Counted from the stretch's first letter, positions 14,287 through 28,209 are shown. The stretch: 64,000 nucleotides of DNA from Octopus bimaculoides (GCF_001194135.2 NC_069001.1:22437613-22501612); one strand, 5' to 3'. A program made the numbers and translations. Notes: generated by a model not told the origin, from the letters alone.

Positions 14287-15960
14287 GAGGTGTTGAACCT
14301 CTTACAATAATTACAAATTGAGGCACTGAGCCTCTTATCAATCAAAAAAGTTCAGAAAATATTCAACTTGAGGCGCTAAGCCTCTTACCAATCTCCAAGT
14401 TCGAATCGAAGCGCTAGGACCTCTTACTCTGTCTCCCCGATTAAGTCTGTTGCCGCCTACAAGCAATCCTGCAGTCGCAAGCAGGGGTCCCAAAAAATAT
14501 AATTATATTCTTCCTTAATAAAGAAATCCATCACCCTATAGAAGTAATTTTCCCCCAATTCCTCCACAGCCGCTTGCGGAGACCAATCCGGGCTATCAAT
14601 GCAGGTCAGGACCGCCTGTTCCCGACCTTCAAGATTCTTCACAAAGTTCTCTACGGCCCCTCCCTTATGAAAGAAGATCACAAATTCCTCATTTATTACA
14701 CTGTGAGGGGCCACAGTTTCCTCTGTCGGTGGCACAATTCTCACAGATGAGGTTTCGGGACATGCCGGCAGTGTACTGCAAACCGCCGGTAATGTCCCAT
14801 TCTTTTTCTACTTTTTTCTTGTCTTTGATACGGGAGGGGGTAGTTTCCTCACTTTATCCAGAGGATCATCGTTCTCTCCCGCAGCTTTAGGGTCCTTCGG
14901 TGAGCAACCATTGTTGCCCACCTTCTTCCTTTTTTCACCTTTTTTCCGGGGCGGTCTCTACCTTCTCGACTACCTCCATCTCTCCCTCCGGAGGAGGAGG
15001 GGGGCTCTTCCACAACCAACTGTTCCTGCACCCTACTCTGGTCCTGAGGACAGCTCTTTTTTATGTGGCCCGGTTACATGCACAGGTGACACTTGGAGGC
15101 GTCCCTCAAGAATCACTGGGTACCTGCAACCGGCTATTTTCAAAAAATCTGAAAAAACTAGATTCTTGGGTGATCGGGTCCACAGGGTCAAAACAGCTTT
15201 TGACCCAACCCAATCAGCCGCCGGCAAAATTTTAACATTAAGCAGCTTGGAACCGCTGCCACCCAGACCCCAGGGGATAGTGTCCTCTATCTACTGGGGT
15301 TCTATCCCGAGTGGCAACCCGCAGACCCAAGCTCTTGTCAACTTCTTCCCACCATACGTAGGAAGGAACAAACTCTCTTTGCCCTCTAAGGGCTGGCTCG
15401 CAAATTTGCGAGCCTCCTCAGGAGTGTCAAATATCAACCACACCGTTGCAAATTTGATCCCGCTGGAGATGAATTTAATAGTTGGTAAATATTCTGCCAA
15501 CTCTTTTTCAATTTGAGTCTTTTGAAAGAGGGCAATGGTGCTGAGCGACTTTGAGTAAGTCCTTAACACCACAATCCTGTCTTCAAAGTCTTTCATCCAC
15601 TGTTTGGGTGGGACAATCTCCTACTCCAACACAGTGTTATTCGTCTTTTTTGCCATGTTTTGTTTTAAAAAAAGTTCACAAAAAATAGTTCACAGAGTTA
15701 AAAAAAAAGAAACTAAAATGCAGAAAGGAAGGAAGAAGACAAGAAGCAGTTCCAAAACACAGCAAACTCTTCTGTCCATCCTGGTACTCCTGGTCAACTC
15801 AGCAATCCTCTTGGTAATCCAGGCCACAAAACATTCACAACAATTTCACCAAAAAATGATAAAAATTAAGCTCCATTATAATAGGAGGGATACGCCCCCA
15901 AAACACACTTCTCACCGCTAAGTGAGACTTTAAACACCTCCACAGGCAGACAAATGCCCG
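14287..15960 (-). mobile_element. L1/Tx1-like ORF1 derivative (RRM-like + CCHC knuckle), decayed, no ORF2 detected
   Basis: Probable ATG at 15656 (MAKKTNN..); RRM-like FATVWLIFDTPEEARKFA and AWVCGLPLGI; frameshifted CX2CX4HX4C (CHLCM*PGHIKKSC) at 15050-15091; basic tract then acidic tail to 14457. Boundaries approximate. Confidence 0.65.
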
Positions 15961-16183
15961 GAACTCAGTGGAGATTTCTTGTTCGACAAAAATAAATAAA
16001 CACGAGCTACAAACCCCCAATGAATCTCAAAAGACAAATGTCTTATCTTGTAGTTGTGCTTCACTTGTTAAACAATTCACGACGTTGGTGTACAGCGACG
16101 TGACTCCTATCAGTGCAAAGGCAACACTGACCAAGAAAGCAAACTACTTACCACACCCCACGCCTGCGCCTATATACATATAC

Positions 16184-16269
<86 letters not shown>

Positions 16270-17213
16270 CAAATATTCTCTCATTTGAAGAAAAACTAAT
16301 AGAGATAAAGAAAATTTGCTCCTGAAAATTCGATGTGTTTACGTAACTTAAAAATTTGGTAATCCATTCAAAGCTTTCATTTTCTCCAACCTGTATTTAA
16401 TGCAAATCAAAGTAATTTTCACAACAGATTGCGGGTTTTAACTCTGCTATCCCCATGTCTCAGAACGGTTATGAAATTGTTATTTGCACGTGGCAACTTT
16501 GCAGAAACACTTAGAAACTTCCCATTAGATAGAGATTTCGAACAATTAAAGTCTTAAAATTAATCACGTTTCAAATTGCTTTTAAGCGAAGGGAACCAAT
16601 TTTAAAAACTCCGTACACTGTCTATAGTCATAATAATGACAAAAGGGTTTAGGCTTCGTCGTGCATAGTAAAACTTATTCAGTTCTATGGAATTGCTGAT
16701 TATGTATTTTGTGGATATATTCTCTTGTAGATAGTATTGATTCAATACTTAAACAAGTGTACTTTTTTTTCAATTACTAATATCACCAGATTCCCTCTCT
16801 CCAATTCCTACCATGTTATTTATTTATTTGTCTTCCCTACTAGATATAATTTCCCTTCTTAAATAAAATTCTGACTGTCTCAGTAACTCTTTTGTTCTAA
16901 TATGCTATCCACTCAAATTCTTCATTCGTAGAACAGCATCACTTTGAACCATATTTCTTATTCTTAATTTTGTCTTCGAATTATGTCCCATATTTAAATC
17001 CGTAACTTGACATTTTAGTTTTGTAGAATATCATATAGATTTCTACTTATAAATCTATTAGGTTGGATGACCTATTAAATCGTTTTACTTTATATCTTCT
17101 TTAGAAGATATAAACTAAAACGATATATCTACAGATATATCCACATGCAAATACTCTAGACATATGTGTCACCGTGTATATATATATATAATCTTACATG
17201 CGCGTATGTATGC

Positions 17214-17244
<31 letters not shown>

Positions 17245-20200
17245 CACATGCGTGTGTGTATGTATGTATGTATGTATGTATNNNNNNNNNNNNNNNNNNN
17301 NNNNNNNNNNNNNNNNNNNNNNNNNNNNNNNNNNNNNNNNNNTATATATATATATATATATATTACTAATCAACATCAGCGCAGTTGATTGGAAGAATTG
17401 TCAATATATCAGAGAAAGTTCCTCGCAGTATTTCATTCCGGTCCTTTACATTCAAATCTTATCAAGTTCACCCTTCCTTTTTATTTTTATCTTTTCGGTG
17501 TGTATCAAAGAAGATATTAGTCAAGTACAAGAGTCGATTTAATCCAAACTTCATTAGACAATGAAATCACGTTTGAAAATATAGGACAGATAATTTAAGT
17601 ACTGCTTATGCTTTAAAGGTGAATGAGAAAGTAAACTGCAACAGTCAGTTTTTCTTTTAAGATGCAGCGCTCCATTGTATTATTTGCTTTGAAATACAGA
17701 ATGTTGGAACAGTGACACAAGTCCTATAAATTACTGTAAGTATATAGTACAGATGACTTTTCGCCCGATAATAACTGACAAAATAAATCTACGACACATA
17801 TTCATGTAGAAACAATGTGCTTAATCATCAAACAACTTTAATTTTCAATTTTACATTATTTCTCACTTCACTACGGAAATGTTTTAAATATGATTTGAAA
17901 GTCAAATTATTTCACCCGTACAATTGAATTATCTTTCACATATTCTCTTCATGGACAAAGTCTACCATGATAATAATCCCCACTCTAAGACGCCGCTAAA
18001 TCTTTGTTAGAATGTCACCTCGCAGTATAATTTGTTGTTATGTATTGTTCATTGATATAAGTGGGATGGAAAAGGATAAGAGCGATTGTAGAAGTTTCTT
18101 TTCCGTTTAGGCAAGTATTTGTAGTTTAGTCAAAAGGTAGTCCCAAATAAAACCGATTTCCAATCAAATACATTATTTTGTTTTTACATGTACAGAATCT
18201 AGATCTTATATAGTGTTTGTTGCTAGATATAGCGTAAAACTGGGGTACTCTAGTTTGTTGAAACAAATTTGGAGAGCGCTGTGTACGTAATCTGTAGTTG
18301 CGTAGCTGGCGGCCTTGATTAAGCAATGGTTGGCGGCAAGGACACAATGGTAGCTCGATATTAATGAGAGAATTGGATCAATGGTGATTTTGGTGATCAA
18401 TAATACGAGTGGGTGATGATACCGACTTGTTTGAAGGACATCGTTATTGTGGGAAGAGTACAAGATTGAAGAAGGGTCGTGAGTGTAAATATTTCTGAAG
18501 ATGGCGACTAATTAGAAAGGGTTGTACGACAAGCATTGTTGATGAGCTAACTGCAATGTAAGAGATAACTACAATGCTGTTGACTGATGGATGGCTGGAG
18601 GAGTGTGAAGAATGGTAGATGCAGCAGGTGAATTTCAAGAAATGAAGAATTAGAGAATTTGAGTTAGATAAAAAAACAAAAATTGTTGCTGATATACAAA
18701 GTGAAGAAGTGAATGTTGGGGGAAGTGGATTGTAAACGCACAGACCTATTTTCAGAGAAATATTGCTGTTGTTTAACTCTCTGTCATCCCTGACAGAGCA
18801 AATATATGAACAAAGACATTACAACTGTGGTCGCTTTTCGTTTCTTTTCCATTTGAAGGAAGGAAGGAAGGAAGGAAGGAAGGAAGGAAGGAAGGGAGGG
18901 AGGGCCACATATTGAAATGTTTTCTCTATGACAGTAGGAGATGATTTATAAGAAATTTGACTGTATTTTCCAGCGAGTTCAATGATTACAGAGAAACGTT
19001 TTGATTCATTAAAGAAATCTTGAAACATATGGTGGGGCCTTAATACTGGGATTGCTAAATATAAGTGAATGAGAAGTTTGAAATTCGGACAGAAACAAGG
19101 TGTGCGGGAAGCATTTTTCTTTTTCAAAGATCATATAAAGTCATTTTAGATCGACTGATGTTCACATTTATATACAAAGAAGTGAGAGAATTTTCCAGAG
19201 AGTTAGGTGTGATTAGAGTTCGACTTCATTTTTATTTAGTTTCCATTTGAGCGAGAAAAGCGATCACGACTCATGAGCTGCTGATAATCACTCTTGAAGA
19301 AGCAGTCTAGTGAAATGTCGATGGCTGTCAATGGGTTTCTCGGTACTTTGCACTCCCCGGAGGGAAGTTCAAGGCTCCAAGAATATATGATCATGCATTA
19401 GCTGATAGGGTGCTGAGATATTACTAAAGGGGTCTGATTCCTCTCGTATTTAGTGGTATACCCCCACTGAATAATCTTTGACAAATAGTTGCAAGATGTA
19501 AAAGAAAAAGAGTTCGGGAATCAGAACGCCAGGTGACAGTGAAATCTTCTGACTATATACTTTGTCCCAGCGTTTGCAACCATCTAAATTCTGTAATAGC
19601 TATCGAGTATCTTGGAGGCGGTTTGAAACCAAAGTGTGAGGCCTTCAGTCAACATTAAAGAGATTGTTTTATTGGACTCAATGCAATCCCTTCCCCTCCA
19701 CCACCCCTATCACCCCTGTCCACCCTTCTCTCCCCCTTTCCACTCCTCTCTCCCCCTTTCTACCCCTGTTTCTCCCTTTCAACCCCTGTCTCTCCCTTTC
19801 CATCCCCTCTCTTCCCACCCTCTCTTCCCACCNNNNNNNNNNNNNNNNNNNNNNNNNNNNNNNNNNNNNNNNNNNNNNNNNNNNNNNNNNNNNNNNNNNN
19901 NNNNNNNNNNNNNNNNNNNNNNNNNNNNNNNNNNNNNNNNNNNNNNNNNNNNNCCCACCCTCCCTTCCCACCCTCTCCTCACTCTTCCCCATCGCTTCCC
20001 CATGTGTGTCTTCCCCATCGCTTCCCCATGTGTGTCTTCCCCATCGCTTGACAACTGGTGTTGATTTGGTTATATCCATGAAACAACAGTTCTGGAGGAA
20101 AGCCGACGGTATAAGTATCAGGCTTAAAAAAAGTACTGGGGTTTATTTGTTCGACTAAAATCCTTCAGGGCTGTGCCCCAGCATGGCCGCTGACCGATAA

Positions 20201-20801
20201 CTGAAACAATTGAAAGATAAAAGGCAAAAAATGCGCCTTAAAAGCGGAATAATTATAAATGCAATTTTATCGATTCCAGGTCTATCGGATCAGAATTGAC
20301 TTATAGGTCAAACAATGATTTATTTTATCTCTACAGCTTACCATTTATGTCGAATCAATTACTGAATTCCAGAGGAGTAAAAAAAAGGGGGGGGGCAAAA
20401 GGGAGAAGTCATTCTTCGGGGAAGATATGAAGGGCAGCAAACAGAAAGGTCAGCATGTCGAGCTAAATGCTTAGCGGCATTTCGTCCGTCTTTACACCTA
20501 AGTTCAAATTCTTTGTCTTTCATCTTTACGGGGTCGATAAAATAGGTATCAGTTGAACAGTGGCGGTCGATATAATCAACTTACTCATTTCTCCTAAATT
20601 GCTAGCTTCGTGCCAAAATCTGAAACCAACAAAAACGCTTATGGTGGGGTTGTGCAAAAGTGTCTTTCTTTCCGGCTGCTGACATCGTTTGCTACACCAT
20701 TGCTGCAGTTCGTACTCATACATACACATCTACAAACACATACTCTTTCACGAATGCACACATGTGACATATACATACACTTCGTTATTTTTTTCTTTCA
20801 A

Positions 20802-20857
<56 letters not shown>

Positions 20858-20911
20858 ACTCATTTTCTCCATTACTGAAACTAAATTCAGAGCAAAAGCT
20901 TTTACCGACCT

Positions 20912-21150
20912 TTTTACATTACGTATCCCGTAGTCTGGCTGACTGTTGGGGCACCACTAATGACATTGCGACTAGATCCCTCCAATCATCTGTATTCTGC
21001 CTCTCGCATCGCGTCTCTCATCTTAAGGCGTGTCCACTCACAGGTGTTGTTTTCCCACCACTTTCTCTGTCTGCCTCTGCGTCGGCCGCCTATGACTGTT
21101 CTCTGAAGGATTGTTTTGGCCATCCTTGATGAGCCGGTGGCATTCCCAAA
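20912..21150 (-). mobile_element. RTE-clade LINE, 3' end of ORF2
   Basis: Minus-strand translation WFGNATGSSRMAKTILQRTVIGGRRRGRQRKWWENN..EWT..WRDLV..VVPQQSARLRDT*, the typical RTE C-terminus. Confidence 0.8.
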
Positions 21151-21835
21151 CCAACAGATCTTATATCCATAAATAACATTCGAGCTTCTGTATAAGTTAA
21201 CCTAGGAGAAAAGCACTAAATAAACGAGCATAACTTAATTATTTCCTCAGTGTAGTGTACCACTAAGAGAGTAAGTCATGACTGGAGGGATATTCATTCT
21301 CTATTTCTAGCAAGTCTAGTTGCCACTTAGAGCTTCATTTGTTGGCACGTAGTCTGCAAGTGAAATTCCATTTGAGTAAAGAAGTTATAGAATCAATAAT
21401 CCGCCTCACACAACAAACACTTTCTGTCATTATGTTTGCCAAATCAGTTTTCTTTCATTTTCCTATCTACAATTTCTTACTGAGTTTCAATCATTCAGTT
21501 TTAATTTATTCTCGTCACTTTATTTGGTGGTTTCTGGTTGATAAGAATTTCTTTATTCACTTAAGTACATTTAATCTTTCTGAGTTCTAGAATAAACACT
21601 AAATGAAATTGTTATTTGTATAAATTCCTTTTTATGGAAATCATGCTAGTATCATGTTTATTTATTATTCATGATGTTGCAAAGTCTTTTAGTCAGTTAA
21701 GTTCTCCAGTTATTTTAAAATGAGTTGCAATAATGTTGCAACAACAAACAGCATAGCCTAGAGTTGGAGTTGCTTTAAGACACAGAATTCAATACATGGG
21801 AGAATAAAAGAATTTGATTAACTTACTTTGGTCTA

Positions 21836-21901
<66 letters not shown>

Positions 21902-22035
21902 NNNNNNNNNNNNNNNNNNNNNNNNNNNNNNNNNNNNNNNNNNNNNNNNNNNNNNNNNNNNNNNNNNNNNNNNNNNNNNNNNNNNNNNNNNNNNNNNNNN
22001 NNNNNNNNNNNNNNNNNNNNNNNNNNNNNNNNNNN

Positions 22036-22113
<78 letters not shown>

Positions 22114-22629
22114 CACACATATATAATAAAATTAGGACAAACAAGTCTCTGAAAGTACAGTTTCGTGCCCAATAATTTATAACTTTTATAACATACTTCA
22201 TATCAAACTATGCATATCACTCTGCAATATATGAATATATATCATATATCATATAGCACATAACAAAATACGATCATTTTTCCAGTAAGAATTACATTTC
22301 ACATCAATAGGAATATCATCATATATCAACATAGTTTAGTCTGATCTCTACAAGCCAAAACTCAGACAGAAAATGGTAAACGACCTCAAGTACCAAGACT
22401 CTATTTTGAAAAACCACTTTCAAGCCATACAAGTACCTGAAGAAGGATAACAATGACAACGACGATGAAGGCGACAATGATGACAAGGATGAGGATGATG
22501 ATGATGATGATGATAATGATGTACCGGTATGAGATATGAAATAAACCAATATATCTCATAACACTATAACAAAGCTTTCTATCGAACGGTAAAACAATTT
22601 GTTCCATATACAAAGATTGTAAACATTTT

Positions 22630-22699
<70 letters not shown>

Positions 22700-22707
22700 T
22701 ATATAAT

Positions 22708-23480
22708 CAGAGGTTGGACAAAATTATGGAAACGCCTTAAAATTTCAAACAAATTTATTTTAATATGGGCCAGGACCAACTTTGGCAGTAATTATTGCTT
22801 GAATTCTACGAGGTATGGACTCTTACAAAGTTTGAATTGTTTCCAAATGAATTTTTGTCCATTCTTCAGCTAAAACAGTCTCCAGTTCTTGTAATGATGA
22901 TGGTGAAAGAGATCAACTCCTTACTTGTGTTTTTAAAATGCACCATAGATGTTCAATAATATTGAGATCTGGGGACTGTGGTGGCCAGATAAGATATTCA
23001 ACTTCACTAGAATGTTCCTCGTGCCATTCAGTAACAACTTTAGCTGTGTGAATTGGTACATTATCATCCTGAAAGATTACGTTTCCCCCCGGAAACAGTT
23101 CTGCAACCATAGGATGAATTTGATCAGATAAAATGCTTAAATAGTCTTGACTACTAATTCTGCCATGAAGGGAAACCATTGGGCCGGCAGATTTCCAAGA
23201 CATAGTCCCCACCCCCCAAAATCATCACAGAGCTGCCATACGAGCACCAATAAATTGACCTCTTTGAAAGTCCGATAAATCTATCACTTTAATGAATTTT
23301 AATTACCTTTTTCTAATGATATCTGAAAAGAAACAGTAATTTTAGCAAAACATATTAGGCAACATTAATAATAAATAAAAAAAGAAAACAAAAAATAAAC
23401 AAGCTTTTGAAGGTTTTGTAGATATTTCAATATTATGATGCCTTGATGCTAGGTGTTTCCATTATTTTGACAAACCCCTG
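22708..23480 (-). mobile_element. Tc1 (DD34E) transposon, internally deleted
   Basis: ~30-bp TIRs CAGAGGTTGGACAAAATTATGGAAACGCCT / CAGGGGTTTGTCAAAATAATGGAAACACCT; ORF 22913-23212 with IFQDDN..WPPQSPDLNIIEHLW. Confidence 0.9.
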
Positions 23481-23496
23481 TGTATACATATATATA

Positions 23497-23680
23497 TATA
23501 GCTGAAATTTATAGAAAAACAAAACACGAAGAGAGGTGTATGAACAACAAACTAGCGTATTAGTTTGACGCACGGGAAAATGAAAAAGGCCTTTACGTTT
23601 CGAGCCTACCATCTTCAAAAGGAATAAGAGAAAATAAACAGAGAGAGAATGAAGAAAACGTGTCCAGCGGTCAAGTATTC
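23497..23680 (-). mobile_element. Short Penelope-terminus/retrozyme-like repeat with degenerate minimal type I hammerhead
   Basis: Minus strand 23590-23623: CCTT-TTGAAGA-tggtaggctc-GAAACGTA-AAGG (stem I 4 bp, palindromic ACGT stem III); abuts (TA)n. Confidence 0.5.
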
Positions 23681-24151
23681 TTTTATTCTTCTACTTGTTT
23701 CAGTAATTTGACCGCGGCCACGCTGGAGCACCGCCTTTAGTCGAACAAATCAACCCCAGGATTTATTCTTTGTAAGCCTAGTACTTATTCTATCGGTCAC
23801 TTGTGCCGAACAGCTAAGTTACATGAACGTATACACACCACCATCGGCTGTCAAAAGGCATACATACATAAAAGCATACATACATACATACATTTATATA
23901 TATACATATAGGACGGACTTCTTTCAATTTCCGTCTACCAAATCCACTGACAAGGCTTTGGTGGGACTGAGGCTATAGTTTAAAAAATTAAGGTCCAATG
24001 CGCTACGCAGTGGGACTGAACCCAGAACCATGTGGTTGGGAAGCAAGCTTCTTACCACACAGCCATGCATGTATATGTATACACGTATGTATATATGTAT
24101 GTATATTCATATATATATATGTATGTGTATGTATATGCATATGTATGTATG

Positions 24152-24218
<67 letters not shown>

Positions 24219-25141
24219 NNNNNNNNNNNNNNNNNNNNNNNNNNNNNNNNNNNNNNNNNNNNNNNNNNNNNNNNNNNNNNNNNNNNNNNNNNNNNNNNNN
24301 NNNNNNNNNNNNNNNNNNNNNNNNNNNNNNNNNNNNNNNNNNNNNNNNNNNNNNNNNNNNNNNNNNNNNNNNNNNNNNNNNNNNNNNNNNNNNNNNNNNN
24401 NNNNNNNNNNNNNNNNNNNNNNNNNNNNNNNNNNNNNNNNNNNNNNNNNNNNNNNNNNNNNNNNNNNNNNNNNNNNNNNNNNNNNNNNNNNNNNNNNNNN
24501 NNNNNNNNNNNNNNNNNNNNNNNNNNNNNNNNNNNNNNNNNNNNNNNNNNNNNNNNNNNNNNNNNNNNNNNNNNNNNNNNNNNNNNNNNNNNNNNNNNNN
24601 NNNNNNNNNNNNNNNNNNNNNNNNNNNNNNNNNNNNNNNNNNNNNNNNNNNNNNNNNNNNNNNNNNNNNNNNNNNNNNNNNNNNNNNNNNNNNNNNNNNN
24701 NNNNNNNNNNNNNNNNNNNNNNNNNNNNNNNNNNNNNNNNNNNNNNNNNNNNNNNNNNNNNNNNNNNNNNNNNNNNNNNNNNNNNNNNNNNNNNNNNNNN
24801 NNNNNNNNNNNNNNNNNNNNNNNNNNNNNNNNNNNNNNNNNNNNNNNNNNNNNNNNNNNNNNNNNNNNNNNNNNNNNNNNNNNNNNNNNNNNNNNNNNNN
24901 NNNNNNNNNNNNNNNNNNNNNNNNNNNNNNNNNNNNNNNNNNNNNNNNNNNNNNNNNNNNNNNNNNNNNNNNNNNNNNNNNNNNNNNNNNNNNNNNNNNN
25001 NNNNNNNNNNNNNNNNNNNNNNNNNNNNNNNNNNNNNNNNNNNNNNNNNNNNNNNNNNNNNNNNNNNNNNNNNNNNNNNNNNNNNNNNNNNNNNNNNNNN
25101 NNNNNNNNNNNNNNNNNNAGAGAGAGAGAGAGATACATATA

Positions 25142-26005
25142 CAGAGTGGGCCAAAATTAGTGCCCCAACTTTGTGTCCCAATTATACGTGTTTATTATTT
25201 CTGTAGCTTTTTGATGCATGCTGTTATTATTTCTATATGTCATTATTTGTTCGATGTGTCGAATTTTGTGAGAGAATGCTGGCAGAAGCCAGAGATTCCA
25301 GATTTTTTGATCGAATCATTTTCTCCGATGAAGCGACCTTCTATGTTTCCAGTCACATCAACCGCCACAACTGCTTCTATTATTCAGAAGTGGTTTGGGA
25401 AAAAGCAAGTCAGTTCACCTTCTCTCGTCATTTAGGCGGCGATATCATTTTCAGGAATTTGTGCATTCCATACTCAGCGAGAGACGATGAATGGTGATCG
25501 TTACCTGGTGTTGTGTGAAAACACCATCTGGCTGTATTTTCGACACCGTCATTCCAAAATGTTTCTGCAAGATGGAGCACCTCTTCCTTATGACAAACGT
25601 GTAACTTCCTCGACCAACACCTACGAAATCGTTGGATTGGGCGTTGCGGCAGACTTTATGAATATCCAGCAAAGTCTCCGGATTTAACTCCGTATGGCTT
25701 TTTCTCTGGGGGTATCTCAGGGATCAAGTGCACAAGAAAGTGATCCATAATTTGAACCAATTGGAACAAGTAACTATCTCTCAGTCAACTTTCGGAACAA
25801 ATGTGTCGAAATACATTCGCCAGTTTGGCCAGGCGTTACGAGTCATGCATAGCAACGAACGGCCGTTACTTAGAATGACTTGTCAAATTGATCTCTTCGT
25901 GCTTCATGTAATATTTGTAAGTATCACCTCTTTATTTTTTCATTTTCATTACATTTCATGTATTTTTTTCTAAAGCTCAAGCTGGGACTAATTTTGGCCC
26001 ACGTT
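25142..26005 (+). mobile_element. Tc1/mariner-superfamily element (maT/DD37D-like), decayed
   Basis: TIR core GTGGGCCAAAATTAGT at both ends; IIFSDEATFYVSSHINRHN, FLQDGAP, PAKSPDLTP.GFFLWGYL motifs across frames. Confidence 0.8.
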
Positions 26006-26384
26006 TCAGTCATTTGACTGGGGCCATGCAGGAGCACCGCCTTTTGTCGAGCAAATCGACCCCAGGACTTATTCTTTGTAAGCCTAGTACTTTTGTATCG
26101 GTCTATTTTGCCGAACTGCTAAGTTACGGGGACGTAAACACACCACCATCGGTTGTCAAGCGATGGCGAGGGGGACAAAAACGGACACACACACACACAC
26201 ACATATATATATACATATATATATATATATACGACGGGCTTCTTTCAGTTTCCATCTACCAAATCCACTCACAAGGCTTTGGTCGACCCGAGGCTATAGT
26301 AGAAGACGCTCCACCAAGGTGCCACGCAGTAGGACTGAACCCGGATCTATGTGGTGGTTAGGAAGTGTGTGTGTGTGTGTGTGT

Positions 26385-26415
<31 letters not shown>

Positions 26416-28209
26416 CGTGCGTGTATTCCAGCAGATTTTTACATGTCTCACGTAACACCGAAGTAGCTCACTTAATATGATTTTCAGCATTCTTATTTGC
26501 CCACACAGACTCAAACACACTCACACACATGTGCACATAAATCCATACGGAAAAAAACATTAATATATGTGTATGTAGACTTGATTGCATAAAGTTAATC
26601 GCTAAATTCGATTCGTTTTTATTTTGTTATATTAGCATATCTTCCATCTCTTTATACGCATATATTTCTTTCTCTCCATTACTCTAGCGTTTTGTAGACG
26701 GTGTTTTAATAATAAAACAGTGATGCGGAAGATGTTAAAATGTATGGAGCCAGCACGCGTCCTTGCTTAACTTGAGGCTTCACACTTAAAAGTGCAAATT
26801 TTTACCTTCCTCACAAATGTCAAGCAATTATTCTCGTGTAGAAGTTACAGACAAAAAGAAAAAAACCCAAAAAACAGGAATTTAGGTTTCCCGCTAAAGT
26901 TTCTGAGAACAACCAACAGAAGTTTCCTGTTTATTGAATCAAAAGCATTTTTTTAAGGATACACAAATCCAATGAATGATACTTGATATTGCTCACCAGA
27001 GTTTTCCTAAATCTTTACTGTAATGAAAATAATACCGAATGTCTGTCAATCCTTATACAGTCACGTGGTTATATCACAACCTAACATAACACTTCCATAC
27101 ATGAGTTCCATTGTGACACAAAGTAAACAAGTTTGATTCATTGAACATAAACAAATAAACTCCTACGCTTTACTTGAACATCAATGGAATACTGCTGCAT
27201 TTTTGGTATTCCATCCTGGAGTTGGCAATATGGTGAAGATCATAAGCCATTACATATATTGCTGCGATCAGTTTGTCGTGATGGCTGTATGGGTATTTGT
27301 TTGTTTGTCTTAAGTTCAGCTGCGCGTTGTCCCATTATAAACCACTTACAAACGCTGTTGAAATAGCATTTTATTTCATCGAAGTAAATTACAATATTTA
27401 CATATTCACATTACCATTTGTCAGCAGCATAATGTGGTGTGCAAGAACCAAACATAGTCATAATTAAATCACTAGCAATAGAGATTTGCTTCGCGTAAGA
27501 GGCGTGTACAATGCTTGTTCATCCTAGTTGAAGTAAACCTTTTAACATGTGTCTGAACTTCAACCAAGGAACAGTTGTCGGAGGAATGACTTGTTGCTTG
27601 TGCTTTCAAAACGTGCTGGTCTCTGATTTGTTTATGTGCATTGAATTTATGTAGCTACAAAAGCGCAGGAATTTCATAGAATATTGTATGATATGCGGTG
27701 AGTATTTTTTCTGCAAGCTCGGTGATCAGGGTCGTCGCCTGACAGAAGTATGAATCGGGCCCAGTTATCAAAGCTGTGTGGTTTCGATTCTAGACCTCGC
27801 TACAAGTTGTTACATTTGGTTATCTAAAATACAGTATGTAAAGGCTTATTTTGATTGAAGTTGGATTGGTATTAAAATTGAACTATGTGGTAGTGACTAA
27901 GAAACGTTAATTACTCAAAATGATGGAGGTTTCTATGAATATAATGTCTTATAACCAAACTGAGTTGCTTAAAATAATTATTGGTATAAAATACAGATAA
28001 CAAAAGAGTAAAAACAACGATGGAAAGAGAAATGGTTTGATTGATTTTTTAAAAATTGTTAACTATCGATCCATTCAAATCCATCAGTGTATAGTCTTCC
28101 TGAGTTTCAATTGGCATATATCAAAGTAGCAACTTTTTAAAGATTTCATTTCTGAAATTTAGATTACCTTTGTATTGATTAACGTTATTGGAGATGAGGT
28201 TCTTTTCAA

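Noticed and set aside
14287-14426. CRISPR interpretation of palindromic repeats with unique spacers
   Set aside because: Only four diverged 18-nt units, uneven 15-32 nt spacers, animal retroelement context, no cas genes.
18126-18660. Coding-looking stretch on the minus strand
   Set aside because: All frames interrupted, no recognisable motif or convincing splice pair.
19285-19330. Third hammerhead-like motif TTGAAGA-agcagtctagt-GAAATGTC
   Set aside because: C3, stem III and stem I are all disrupted; too degenerate to call without a family consensus.
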